Positions 40,758 to 50,116 of a stretch of 64,000 nt of DNA are shown in pieces; positions within the stretch are counted from its first letter, which is position 1; each line of letters opens with the position of its first letter. The notes beneath the pieces were generated by a model. The model saw only the letters and a list, made by a program, of their open reading frames with translations, did no database searches and had not been told where the DNA came from. The DNA is from a virus. A program made the position numbers and the translations under genes. Location: UHGV virus genome UHGV-1366976, one strand, 5' to 3'.

Positions 40758-41003
40758 TTAGTTATTATATCTTTTCTTTAGTTCTTTCCAATCTTTTATA
40801 AAATCTGAAATTACCTTAGGAAGAGATACTACTAAGAATACTAATACTGCAACTATAAAAGCTAGAATTTCATATCCTTCTGTGATCTTTCCTTGAAAAT
40901 ATATTGCTGAAAATAATAAAGATCCTAGAATAATAGAAAAAATAACATTAACTATTACTTCTATGATAAATTCTTGTAAATAAATCTTTTTTATTGGATG
41001 CAT
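40758..41003 (-). CDS. Small membrane protein
   Basis: 81 aa, two TM helices. Confidence 0.4.
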   Translation of the reverse strand: MHPIKKIYLQEFIIEVIVNVIFSIILGSLLFSAIYFQGKITEGYEILAFIVAVLVFLVVSLPKVISDFIKDWKELKKRYNN

Positions 41004-41006
41004 AAT

Positions 41007-41378
41007 TTAAATATTTATTATTCTTTTAGATATAGGTTTAAATAAATTTAAAATGTTTTCTCCATTTGTATAACCCATACTCCCTAAACAAGCATCTGTA
41101 CTAACTTGTATTAAAGTGTCATTAGGTAAATTTAAAATTTCTTTAAGTTCTTCTGCTGTAATAGAAAACACTTTTTCATTTTCAAGAAAAGCTACATAAC
41201 TAGCAACTCTCCATCCAGGAAGTTCTATAAAAGAATCGTAACCATGAGGAAATTTTTTAGTTGTGCTTCTAGTAAAGCGATATACTATCTCTTTTTTATC
41301 TAATTCTTTTATCCAGTTAAAATAAAATATAAATCTATTATCTTTTAAATATAGATGTCCAACTATTTTAGTTAACAT
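41007..41378 (-). CDS. Hypothetical protein
   Basis: 123-aa ORF. Confidence 0.4.
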   Translation of the reverse strand: MLTKIVGHLYLKDNRFIFYFNWIKELDKKEIVYRFTRSTTKKFPHGYDSFIELPGWRVASYVAFLENEKVFSITAEELKEILNLPNDTLIQVSTDACLGSMGYTNGENILNLFKPISKRIINI

Positions 41379-41460
41379 TGATGGATCTTTTTCTTAGTCT
41401 ATGTTGTATACATCTACTAAATCTCTAACATATACACAACATTTCTTTCCTAAAATATCT

Positions 41461-42078
41461 TCAACTTTCATGTTTTATCTCAGAATAAAATTCAATAATT
41501 TCTTCATTAATAGGGATAATACCATAATTACTAGATCTTATATGATTACATATAAGTACATTTGCTAATTTTAAAGCATTTTCTATCCAGGTATCTCCCA
41601 CACATTCTATTTCAATCACTTCTTTTCCTAAAAATTTCATTCTTTTAAAAGCTTTTAAAGGCAAATTTATTTTAGGATTATCTTTGTTATATATAATATA
41701 TGTTTTTTCATCTATATTACTTAAAAAGTCTGCAAGATCTAGTACAGCTTGAGATTCTTTAGTAATAAATACACTAATATTATTTTCTCTAGCTTTTTGA
41801 AGAAATTCCTTTATTAAGTTTATTTCTTGTCCTTGTTTTATATCAGGAAATACAGAATAATAACCTCTCCATCTGTTACCTAAAAAGTCTTTATCTGTAA
41901 GCCAATTTAAGAATGTATCTGTTAATATAATTTTACTTCTACAAGGATCATTCCAGATTAATTTATACAAGTCAGCTCCTGATACTTTATCATCAGGCAG
42001 AAACAATCTGCCACCTGTTGCATCATAAGATAATGTTATAAGTTTATTCTTTTTATTTTTAAAGGTTATCTCCATCAC
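41461..42078 (-). CDS. Hypothetical protein
   Basis: 205-aa ORF. Confidence 0.4.
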   Translation of the reverse strand: MMEITFKNKKNKLITLSYDATGGRLFLPDDKVSGADLYKLIWNDPCRSKIILTDTFLNWLTDKDFLGNRWRGYYSVFPDIKQGQEINLIKEFLQKARENNISVFITKESQAVLDLADFLSNIDEKTYIIYNKDNPKINLPLKAFKRMKFLGKEVIEIECVGDTWIENALKLANVLICNHIRSSNYGIIPINEEIIEFYSEIKHES

Positions 42079-42099
42079 TATATCCTCCTACACAGTAAG

Positions 42100-42609
42100 T
42101 TAAATTTTTAATTTAATTTCAAAATCTGCTAGTTTTCTAAGATCACTTGTAGGAACTTTAACTATTATATCTCTAGACCCATTTCTTCTATAAGGAATAT
42201 AAAAGTCATAAGGAGTATCATATACTAGTTCTTTACCTTTAATTTTAGATTCTATATAAGGAGGTAATTTCTTTGTTTGTACATATATAGCTGTTTCTTC
42301 TGTTGCAAATATTACAAAGTCTTCTTTGCCATATATCCATCCAGGATTACCTCTTACATTTAAAACTTCAATCCAATGTATAGTTCCATCTAAAGGACCT
42401 GTTGATCTTCTAGCTCTTTTTAATGCTTTGATGTCATAACTAATCCAAGGACTATCAGAATCTTTTCTCCACCAAAAGTCTATATGATTAAACATATCTT
42501 CTTTTATTGAAGCTTTTTTAACTTCTCCTTTAAAATAGTCTTGATGGATTTTCATCATAACATCTTCCCATTCTTTACCATATTTCCATGCTTGTTGCCT
42601 TGTTACCAT
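42100..42609 (-). CDS. Hypothetical protein (weak PD-(D/E)XK-like D...YDIK pattern)
   Basis: 169-aa ORF containing HIDFWW ... ISYDIKALK. Confidence 0.35.
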   Translation of the reverse strand: MVTRQQAWKYGKEWEDVMMKIHQDYFKGEVKKASIKEDMFNHIDFWWRKDSDSPWISYDIKALKRARRSTGPLDGTIHWIEVLNVRGNPGWIYGKEDFVIFATEETAIYVQTKKLPPYIESKIKGKELVYDTPYDFYIPYRRNGSRDIIVKVPTSDLRKLADFEIKLKI

Positions 42610-42670
42610 TTCTACCCTTCATATCTCCACTCAATAAGGTAACTAAAATAAGATTATGTGGCATTAAACA

Positions 42671-42952
42671 TTAGTTTTCTAAATATTCTTCTATTATAGC
42701 TTTTTCAAGAATTACTTTTAAAACTTTTATTTTCATGGTTTTGTTTGTATCCCAATCAAAATCTTCTTCTAAAACTCTTAAAACTTCACTTTCAAGATAA
42801 TAAGAATAGTCACTTCCTATTATAGAAAAGCTACTGCCATCCCAATGTATGGGAGTTATAAATTTTATTTTATTAGGCCTTTCACATATACAAGTGAAAG
42901 TTTGCTCTTTTAGATTATCAAAATCTAATTTTTTAAATTCTTCATATGTCAT
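42671..42952 (-). CDS. Hypothetical small protein
   Basis: 93-aa ORF. Confidence 0.35.
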   Translation of the reverse strand: MTYEEFKKLDFDNLKEQTFTCICERPNKIKFITPIHWDGSSFSIIGSDYSYYLESEVLRVLEEDFDWDTNKTMKIKVLKVILEKAIIEEYLEN

Positions 42953-43221
42953 ACTAATTCTTCTTCAAATTCTTCTATAATAGTATTTAGTAAATAAACA
43001 GTTTTAGGAATAAAACCATATTCATAGTCTAAAAATTTTAGTGCATCTTCTTTATCAAAACTTCTATTTATTCCTGGCAATAACAGATAGTTGTTATAAG
43101 TTTTTTCAACAACTAAATAAGGTCCTATTCCAGCAGCACAGACATTTCCTTTAAGAAGAAATAAAATACTTTCTTTATCTTTACTAGGAAAGTCTTTATT
43201 TAAGAATTCTTCTATAGTCAT
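42949..43221 (-). CDS. Hypothetical small protein
   Basis: 90-aa ORF. Confidence 0.35.
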   Translation of the reverse strand: MTIEEFLNKDFPSKDKESILFLLKGNVCAAGIGPYLVVEKTYNNYLLLPGINRSFDKEDALKFLDYEYGFIPKTVYLLNTIIEEFEEELV

Positions 43222-43225
43222 ACAA

Positions 43226-43447
43226 CTAACTTTCTTTTATTTCAAATAATATATCATACATTCTATCAAAATTACTACTATTAACCCAACATTTAGAGCT
43301 ATCATTTATCCAATAAATTTGAGCAGTAATAGATTTTGAAAATAATGTAGTGACTTTTTTTAAAACAATAATTTCTAATTGTTCTCTAGTAGTTTTTCTT
43401 TCTACTATATAATGTTTATCTTCTAATAAATCTTTTAATCCAAACAT
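43226..43447 (-). CDS. Hypothetical small protein
   Basis: 73-aa ORF. Confidence 0.35.
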   Translation of the reverse strand: MFGLKDLLEDKHYIVERKTTREQLEIIVLKKVTTLFSKSITAQIYWINDSSKCWVNSSNFDRMYDILFEIKES

Positions 43448-44070
43448 ATTTTTACATCAATAATAGGCTCTTCTGTTGAAATATTATTCTCTTCAAAAAC
43501 TTCACTAAAGTTAATAGGAGTGACACTTTTTAAAGATTTTACAAATTTAGAATTAAATATTCCTTCATACATATATTTACAATATTTATTTCTCTCATAT
43601 AAAAAATAATTTTGTATTATTCTTTCTTTATAAGAATCTGGTAGAGTCATAGATATTAAATGCTCTCCTTCCTTTAAAGATTCTAAAATTGAAGTTCCTA
43701 ATGATAATCTATTGAAAGCTTTAAGATCAATTTTACTATCTAAAATCTTAATATATTTTGTACTTACATATAATGTAAGTCTCTTTATTGGCTTTTGAGA
43801 GCTAAGATTTTTATAATAATAAAATTTTTCATAGAAATCTTTTCTTTTTGAGACAATATAAAAATCCAAGATTTTTGCTATACAAGCACAAATACTTCCT
43901 ATATGTTGTTTATTGATATCTTCTGGAAATAACTTTGGAGGAGCTGCTTTTAACTTTAATTTTTTATATGTTGCAAAAGGTTCTTCTGTAATTAATGATA
44001 GAAATTGTCTGTGAAAAACTAAATCTTTTAAATGTTTTTTGTTCACTAAATAAAATTCAATATATTTCAT
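43435..44070 (-). CDS. Hypothetical protein
   Basis: 211-aa ORF. Confidence 0.4.
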   Translation of the reverse strand: MKYIEFYLVNKKHLKDLVFHRQFLSLITEEPFATYKKLKLKAAPPKLFPEDINKQHIGSICACIAKILDFYIVSKRKDFYEKFYYYKNLSSQKPIKRLTLYVSTKYIKILDSKIDLKAFNRLSLGTSILESLKEGEHLISMTLPDSYKERIIQNYFLYERNKYCKYMYEGIFNSKFVKSLKSVTPINFSEVFEENNISTEEPIIDVKICLD

Positions 44071-44579
44071 AATAGTCTAATTACATTGATATCCATTTCT
44101 TCTAAAATAGCTTTTAAATTAATAGTTTGAATTTTATCAGAATATTTTTTCATAATTTTAGATTTGTTTGTACATAAATAATAGCCATCAAAAGTTTCAA
44201 GAAAATAATTTTTTATATCTGAAAGTTCTAATTCTTTTTTAAAGAGAAACCAAGATTTAGAATCTTCTAGTTTAATTTCATTAATTTTATTCTCAATTAA
44301 GATATTATTTTCTGGTTTATATGGAAGAATATTTCTTAAAGGTATAGTTGCAGAATTAACAGGTACTACTAAAAGTAAATGATTCTTAGATATTGAATAA
44401 CAATAGGATGCAGAATAAATATCATTTTTAAAGATTAAATAAGAGAATTTTTCTTTTTTAGAAGAAAATGAAATGGCTGATTTTACAAAAATATCTTCAA
44501 ATCTAGTTTTAAAACTAGTACCAGATATTCTTTTGGGTCTTAAAAATTCTTTTATATTTAAAACATATAATGCAAACAT
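44067..44579 (-). CDS. Hypothetical protein
   Basis: 170-aa ORF. Confidence 0.4.
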   Translation of the reverse strand: MFALYVLNIKEFLRPKRISGTSFKTRFEDIFVKSAISFSSKKEKFSYLIFKNDIYSASYCYSISKNHLLLVVPVNSATIPLRNILPYKPENNILIENKINEIKLEDSKSWFLFKKELELSDIKNYFLETFDGYYLCTNKSKIMKKYSDKIQTINLKAILEEMDINVIRLL

Positions 44580-44580
44580 T

Positions 44581-45165
44581 TTATGAGATTATAATGATTA
44601 AAGGATCTACTTCTTTTTCTTCAAGAATTTCTTCTATTCTACTATGTACATATTTAGTTATGTTTTCATAAGATGAAAGAAAATCTCTTTTAATTTTTTC
44701 TGAAAGATTCCTATCAAAATGGATTTGTCTATATTGAGCTAAATCATATTCATCTAGATAATGAAGATTATATCTACAACTATCTTCAACTCTAAAAACA
44801 GTAATTCTTCCTTTTTTATCTTGAATATAACTATTTAAATTAGATTTTAGAACTTCATATTCTTTTATATAAAGAACTTCATTTTTTGAAATCTTTGGAA
44901 GAGAATCAAAAATATTAAAAGATGGTCTATCACCAAAGCCTAGATATTTTCTAGAGAAAGATATTAAAGGTTTTGAATGTAAAATATATCTTTCCTGAAG
45001 TTCATCATATATTCGCATATAAAAATAATCTGTATCTTTTTCAAATAAATTACCCTTCCAAATCATAAATGAATAGAGAGAAAAATATATCCAATCATTA
45101 GCTCCTATTTTTCTCTCTCTATGATATAGTTTTAATAGTTTGTTCTTATTAAATAATATTAACAT
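44581..45165 (-). CDS. Hypothetical protein
   Basis: 194-aa ORF. Confidence 0.4.
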   Translation of the reverse strand: MLILFNKNKLLKLYHRERKIGANDWIYFSLYSFMIWKGNLFEKDTDYFYMRIYDELQERYILHSKPLISFSRKYLGFGDRPSFNIFDSLPKISKNEVLYIKEYEVLKSNLNSYIQDKKGRITVFRVEDSCRYNLHYLDEYDLAQYRQIHFDRNLSEKIKRDFLSSYENITKYVHSRIEEILEEKEVDPLIIIIS

Positions 45166-45487
45166 ACTATTTATTTTTAAGTCTTCTTTTTATTTCTTCT
45201 GTAGAAACTTCTACAAAACCATAATCTCCTTTCTTATCTTCAATAATAGGAGCTTCTTTCCATCCTAAACAATAATTAAAACCTGGTTTTGGATTACTAA
45301 AATCCATCATTTTTAAATAAGCTTCTTTTTTCATAATAAATAATTTTAAAGTTTCTTTTTCTTTAGTTCTCTATGTGTGTAAATTATCAAATACCTATGA
45401 CATATATTAAAAGAAGTAATAATAGAAAAATAATACCTATTATACCTCCAGTAGATGGTTTAGCTGGATCAGGTCCAATATCTGGCC

Positions 45488-45799
45488 TCATATGAGGTTC
45501 AATATAACTATTGTCAATACTATAATCCACAGTGTATTTATTGTGCTCCATAAATGTAAAGTTTTAAACTTGTTTTCAATTATACCAAGTACTCTTATTA
45601 TAGCTTTTTCTTTTTTTGTTCTTAGATATTTACCATTTTTGCAAATAGTAACAATTTTTATTATTTCTGGCTCTATACATTCTAAATCTATACAACCTGG
45701 AACAACACTTTTAAACATTTTACAATTTCCAAATATAGGAGACCAAAATACTTGATCTTTAGATATGAATGGTAATATTTTAAGTAAATCTAGTTCCAT
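45488..45799 (-). CDS. Cys-rich protein with C-terminal membrane anchor
   Basis: 103 aa. C-terminal LWIIVLTIVILNLI TM helix and several Cys. Confidence 0.35.
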   Translation of the reverse strand: MELDLLKILPFISKDQVFWSPIFGNCKMFKSVVPGCIDLECIEPEIIKIVTICKNGKYLRTKKEKAIIRVLGIIENKFKTLHLWSTINTLWIIVLTIVILNLI

Positions 45800-45801
45800 A
45801 G

Positions 45802-46071
45802 TTAGTGATAATTATAAGGTTCTTTATTCATATTATCTAATATTAAATACCATTTATCTTTAATCTTAGCTACTGAAAAAGCTTTTTTAGGATTAGGTTT
45901 ATCTGGTAATTTACATTTAGATAATATAGATTTTAAAATAAGTTTTTGTTTTGTAGATGTTTTGGTAAAAGTGGGATATAACTTTATAAAAGTAAATTCC
46001 CACTTTGTTATCTTTCTAGATTCATATAGTCTATATAATTCATATAGAGTAGGTAATCTATTGGTTGACAT
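45802..46071 (-). CDS. Hypothetical small basic protein
   Basis: 89-aa ORF. Confidence 0.35.
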   Translation of the reverse strand: MSTNRLPTLYELYRLYESRKITKWEFTFIKLYPTFTKTSTKQKLILKSILSKCKLPDKPNPKKAFSVAKIKDKWYLILDNMNKEPYNYH

Positions 46072-46315
46072 ATTCTGTTTCTAGAATTAATTTGTCTATT
46101 ACTGTATAATAAGAATAGTCAATATCTATTTTATCCCCAACAAATTTTCCTAAGTTTTCATCACCTTTTCCTTTTTTAAATAATATGTTTATTCCAGGAG
46201 AAGGACACCATAGAATTCTTCCTATTCCAAAATCATTTACACAACTTAATCTATTTTTAACAATAAAATATGGATGTTTAGTAACTTTTGGATTTTGTTC
46301 TATTGTTGTTTTCAT
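46058..46315 (-). CDS. Small protein, paralog of 46312-46560
   Basis: Shared pattern with its neighbour: P(Y/F)F(I/V)(V/Q)K...L(S/N)..ND.G.GRIL.C.S......L...G.G(D)...G....I......II(D)...(L/F)(E/T)TEY. Confidence 0.4.
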   Translation of the reverse strand: MKTTIEQNPKVTKHPYFIVKNRLSCVNDFGIGRILWCPSPGINILFKKGKGDENLGKFVGDKIDIDYSYYTVIDKLILETEYVNQ

Positions 46316-46560
46316 GATTTAATATATTCTGTTGTGAATGTTATTTCATCTATGATTGAATAAATATTTGGATAAAGCATTAGTTCTTCTCCAATTTTAT
46401 AATTATCACCTTCCCCATTTTGAATTAAAACAGATTTCTGTTCAGAAAGACATAGTAAAATTCTACCTTTTCCAGTGTCATTGAGACTGTTTAATGAGGT
46501 TTTTTGTACAAAAAATGGATATTTTGCTTTAAAGAATTTCTTTTTTATTGAGGTTATCAT
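46312..46560 (-). CDS. Small protein, paralog of 46058-46315
   Basis: Tandem duplicate of the preceding ORF. Confidence 0.4.
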   Translation of the reverse strand: MITSIKKKFFKAKYPFFVQKTSLNSLNDTGKGRILLCLSEQKSVLIQNGEGDNYKIGEELMLYPNIYSIIDEITFTTEYIKS

Positions 46561-46624
46561 ATTGATCAGAATTTAAAATTGTGTAGATGTTGAAGATAAA
46601 TTGAAATATTATTCCCTAGATGTT

Positions 46625-46670
46625 TAGGAAAAACAAGAAAAAATGGAATAGCCATATTTCAGACTATTCC
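46625..46670 (-). terminator. Intrinsic terminator after gene 46681-47322
   Basis: GGAATAG(46645-46651)/CTATTCC(46664-46670) stem with a 12-nt loop. On the - strand it is followed by ATTTTTTCTTGTTTTT. Starts 11 nt after the stop codon. Confidence 0.45.
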
Positions 46671-46680
46671 TTGGTTAAAA

Positions 46681-47322
46681 TTAAGCATTGTCTTGCTCAA
46701 TATCTTCTTCATGTATTTCTTGTGCTACAAAGTCATCTTCATCTACCATTTCTGTGGTCTCAACTAAGAGATCTTCATAGTTAGGATCATTCTCATTCAT
46801 ACAGAAATATAAGTTTCTGTAAATAGGTAATCCTTGATGTAAATGAATCTTTGCAGGTGTTCCCTTTTCTTCATTTGCAGGTGTCATTTTAGGTTGTTGA
46901 ACTTTATCTTCAGTTTTCCAAAATGGTTCACCTACTTGCTCCCTCACTGAGATTCTACAATTAGGCCATATAGTTGTAAGATTTGTACCAATCTTGAGAT
47001 CAAACATTTCCATGATCTCTTTGTCAATGGTCATTCTGATGATTCTGTTTTGCTTAAATAAAGCTGCTCCTCTACTGATGATAGCTTTACTTTCAATTCT
47101 GATTCTTACAAATTCAGGATTGTTACTTTCACCAAAATCTAAACCATTTTCTTCATCAAAGGGTACTATGATAACCCCAGCTTTCTTCTTTGACATAATT
47201 TTTAAATTTAAATAGGTTAATAATATATAAAGAGATAATAAGTTTTTAAGGAAAATGTGGTATTTTAAACTTAAAATTAAGAACTTATACCACAAAGTTT
47301 TTTGAGATTGAGTGAGACTCAA
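46681..47322 (-). CDS. Hypothetical protein with acidic C-terminal tail (likely true start at internal Met ~47196)
   Basis: N-terminal 42 residues are hydrophobic junk-like. MSKKKAGVIIVP is a plausible start. C-terminus DEDDFVAQEIHEEDIEQDNA. Confidence 0.4.
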   Translation of the reverse strand: MSLTQSQKTLWYKFLILSLKYHIFLKNLLSLYILLTYLNLKIMSKKKAGVIIVPFDEENGLDFGESNNPEFVRIRIESKAIISRGAALFKQNRIIRMTIDKEIMEMFDLKIGTNLTTIWPNCRISVREQVGEPFWKTEDKVQQPKMTPANEEKGTPAKIHLHQGLPIYRNLYFCMNENDPNYEDLLVETTEMVDEDDFVAQEIHEEDIEQDNA

Positions 47323-47395
47323 TACATCCTTTTAGGATTTCTTGAATAAACCAATATAAAAATGACAAAAACAGAGAATAAGGTTTTAGCTATCT

Positions 47396-47782
47396 TTATT
47401 CTAAGATTGAATAGGTGAGGAGTTTGGAGGATTGAGAGAGACAAAGATGCTCAATATGTAATCTAACTCTCTCTTTCTCAGGTAAATTACCCCAATGTTT
47501 AGCTTTATATCCTTGTAAAGGAGATTCTAAAGCATTAACAATAAAACTATAAGGTAAAACAGTATGTTTAATAGCTTTACCATAAACAGGTTCTTCATAT
47601 ACTACTTCACTAGTAATATATTGTTTTTTACCATGTTTATCAAGAACAGGTTTAATCTCACCAGTTTTCTTATCTCTAAAAGATTTAATTAGAGAAACAG
47701 TTTTAGTTTTAATATCCTTCCTTAGAAGAACACTCCCTTCTAATTCCATAGTCAGGGAGATTTGAGAATTTTCTTTAATCAT
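47396..47782 (-). CDS. Hypothetical protein
   Basis: 128-aa ORF. Confidence 0.4.
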   Translation of the reverse strand: MIKENSQISLTMELEGSVLLRKDIKTKTVSLIKSFRDKKTGEIKPVLDKHGKKQYITSEVVYEEPVYGKAIKHTVLPYSFIVNALESPLQGYKAKHWGNLPEKERVRLHIEHLCLSQSSKLLTYSILE

Positions 47783-47864
47783 AAACTAATATATTAATGA
47801 TCCAAATCATGATCACCAAATATTGATAGAAGATGTCTGTATTTTATTTAAATATAATATTATA

Positions 47865-47876
47865 ACAGGTACCTGT
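47865..47876. repeat. Perfect 12-bp palindrome ACAGGTACCTGT
   Basis: Self-complementary. A half-site-like copy AGACCTGTACC lies ~35 bp downstream. Confidence 0.5.
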
Positions 47877-48039
47877 CTAATTCTATATATAATATAAAAT
47901 TAGACCTGTACCTTTTAATATAAAATAAGCTCCTGAAACATTTATGTTGAAGGAGCCAAAAATTATCAATAATCTCAAAATAATATTCTCAAATAAAATT
48001 TATCATCAATAGCAATCAACAAAAAATTAAACATAAATA

Positions 48040-48200
48040 TTCTATTTCATATATGTAGTGTACTTTATATGTAATGATTTAATATATGTCTAATTCTTTA
48101 TATAATACCATTCTTTATATGTCTTTACAAGCTATATAAAACAACCTTTATATGTGCTTACTGTATCATATAAAACAACTTTCACATGTGTTTGTAAAAA
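48040..48200. repeat. Iteron-like array of YTTTATATGT / ACATATAAAR motifs (downstream flank of gene 48319-48897)
   Basis: At least 5 direct copies of CTTTATATGT-like motif plus 2-3 inverted copies (CTATATAAAACAAC, CATATAAAACAAC) within 160 bp. Confidence 0.5.
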
Positions 48201-48318
48201 CATATATTAAAAATAAATTTAAAAGTTAGTCCCAGATGTTTTTATAATATTATTATATAAACAATAAAATAAATTATCTGGGACCAAACTAGGACCAAAA
48301 TTATATAACTAAACAGAA

Positions 48319-48897
48319 TTAAGCCTTGTTTAATTTATAATAACCAATTACTTTAACTGCATTCTTATCTACCATAGTAGTATGAATCCAGCTAAATTTA
48401 AACACACTATAACCTAATGAAGCTAGTAATTTAATTGCTCCTTCTTCATCTAATGTAGTATTAGATTTAGTTTGTTCTTTAGTAAAGCTAGCTTTATCAA
48501 CAACTGTTTTACTAGAACTATTTCTACCAAAATATCTTCTAGTAATACCATTTGGTTTAGCTGCATAGTTTTTTTCTGTATAAGGATCATTACCTCTACC
48601 AGCTAACATTTTACCAAATTCTTCTGCTATTTTATCATAGTTAGAAGATATATTTTCAACACAATAATATCTTCCAAATACTGGACCTCTAACAGTAGAA
48701 ATTTTTCTAATAACACCAGCTCTTCTAAGAACAGAGAACCAATTATGAGCATATTTTACTTGTTTTGCTTTAATAGCTCCAGTAAATTGTTTGGATGTGA
48801 AGTTAAATCTAGAAAATTTCTCTTCATCAGAAAATAATAGCTTTATTCTTTCTATGCTATCATTCAATGATTGTGTATAAGCTCTGTTTAGTTTCAT
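48319..48897 (-). CDS. Hypothetical basic protein flanked on both sides by iteron arrays (candidate DNA-binding/origin-associated protein)
   Basis: 192-aa ORF, no recognisable motif. Its genomic context is the only functional clue. Confidence 0.4.
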   Translation of the reverse strand: MKLNRAYTQSLNDSIERIKLLFSDEEKFSRFNFTSKQFTGAIKAKQVKYAHNWFSVLRRAGVIRKISTVRGPVFGRYYCVENISSNYDKIAEEFGKMLAGRGNDPYTEKNYAAKPNGITRRYFGRNSSSKTVVDKASFTKEQTKSNTTLDEEGAIKLLASLGYSVFKFSWIHTTMVDKNAVKVIGYYKLNKA

Positions 48898-48954
48898 GAT
48901 AAATAAAATTTAAAGTTAATAAATATAATTAAGTCACCAATGTTTGAATGATGA

Positions 48955-49010
48955 TGTCTGTTTTTTATTATTATATTATATATATTATATATATTATATA
49001 TTATATATTG
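48955..49010. repeat. AT tandem repeat (TATATATTA-like units x5-6)
   Basis: ttattatattatatatattatatatattatatattatatattgtac. Confidence 0.5.
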
Positions 49011-49029
49011 TACTTCTAATATACTATTC

Positions 49030-49260
49030 CCTAGTTTTATATGAAATATTCTTTATATGTTTTATTAGCACATATCTTTTATCATTTTATATCTTCTTTC
49101 ATTACATATAAAATATTGTTTTATATAGTTTGCTGTTACATATAAAAGTACAAGACATATAAGATTTTCTTAATATGTTCTTTACACTACATATAAGTGT
49201 TGTTACATATAAAATATTCTACATATATTATTTTTGTTGCACTTAGAAGTTATATTATAT
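49030..49260. repeat. Iteron-like array, mostly TTACATATAAAA orientation (upstream flank of gene 48319-48897)
   Basis: CATTACATATAAAATATT, GTTACATATAAAAGTAC, CTACATATAAGTG, GTTACATATAAAATATTC, plus one CTTTATATGT copy. Confidence 0.5.
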
Positions 49261-49331
49261 ATAAACTATCTGCAACATATTTAATATTTATTTTATTTGT
49301 TGGGTATTTATTAAAAATAATGTCAAAATTT

Positions 49332-49358
49332 TTTGCACCAAAACAAGTTTGGTGCAAA
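49332..49358. repeat. Perfect 11-bp-stem hairpin/palindrome TTTGCACCAAA-acaag-TTTGGTGCAAA
   Basis: Read directly. Lies 8 nt downstream (on the - strand) of a 34-aa acidic ORF. Confidence 0.5.
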
Positions 49359-49365
49359 GTTTGAT

Positions 49366-49470
49366 TTAATATACCCAACAATCTTCAGTAGTATCAGATA
49401 AAGCAAAACTACATCCTACTTCATCAAAGTATTGATCTTCTTCTTGTTCAATTATTTCTAATTCTTCCAT
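49366..49470 (-). CDS. Small acidic peptide ORF (34 aa), unlisted
   Basis: MEELEIIEQEEDQYFDEVGCSFALSDTTEDCWVY. Could be a non-coding artefact. Confidence 0.2.
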   Translation of the reverse strand: MEELEIIEQEEDQYFDEVGCSFALSDTTEDCWVY

Positions 49471-49729
49471 AATGATAACAGATATTTATTGTTAATAACA
49501 TAAGTAAAATCCACATGATAAATAATAGCCAATGAATGACAACATTGTTGTTTATATACTCTATAGCTATCATATAAGCTAGTGATTCAACTAAAACAAG
49601 TACAATTCCTTTCTTCATAGTATTATATTTGTGTCCAATGATTAGAATAAGATTTTTGTTTTTTATTTCAAGATAAATCTTATGAAGACTTAATCCCCAT
49701 TGTCTCCATAAGAATATCTTAATTTATTA

Positions 49730-49894
49730 TTAGTGCTCTAATTCATATCCTCTGAGCACCATTAATGATAGTTTTACTGTGCTCTGTAACATTTCAATTT
49801 CACCATTCTTGATGTCTATCACTCTGTTCAATCTCTCAATTTCTAACTGTTGTTCTTTAATGATTTGATCTTTACTTTTTTGAATTGTTTCCAT
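49730..49894 (-). CDS. Small coiled-coil ORF (54 aa), unlisted
   Basis: METIQKSKDQIIKEQQLEIERLNRVIDIKNGEIEMLQST... Heptad-like pattern. First ORF of the - strand block if real. Confidence 0.25.
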   Translation of the reverse strand: METIQKSKDQIIKEQQLEIERLNRVIDIKNGEIEMLQSTVKLSLMVLRGYELEH

Positions 49895-50069
49895 AACTTA
49901 CTAGGTTTTAAATTGTTAAACATATTTCCCTAGCAAATTTTCTTCTTCTATTTTGATGGGGGGATACCAGCAATCTCCAATAAATCTATGGGGATGTTTG
50001 TTATTGTAGTACTCTCTCATACACCCATCTCATTTTTTAAATCTCATAAATTTTAAATTTTCATCCAAA

Positions 50070-50101
50070 TTTGCAAAATCAAAAATATTATATTATCTTT
50101 G
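50070..50101 (+). promoter_or_regulatory. Bacteroidota-type promoter TTTG-N20-TATCTTTG
   Basis: TTTG 50070-50073, 20-nt spacer, TATCTTTG 50094-50101. The ATG of a 55-aa ORF follows at 50117. Confidence 0.5.
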
Positions 50102-50116
50102 TAAGAAATTTTAAAT

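Noticed and set aside
47323-47395. Short inverted repeat ATTGAGT-gag-ACTCAAT looked like a terminator
   Set aside because: The T-run precedes rather than follows the hairpin on either strand, so it is not a canonical intrinsic terminator.
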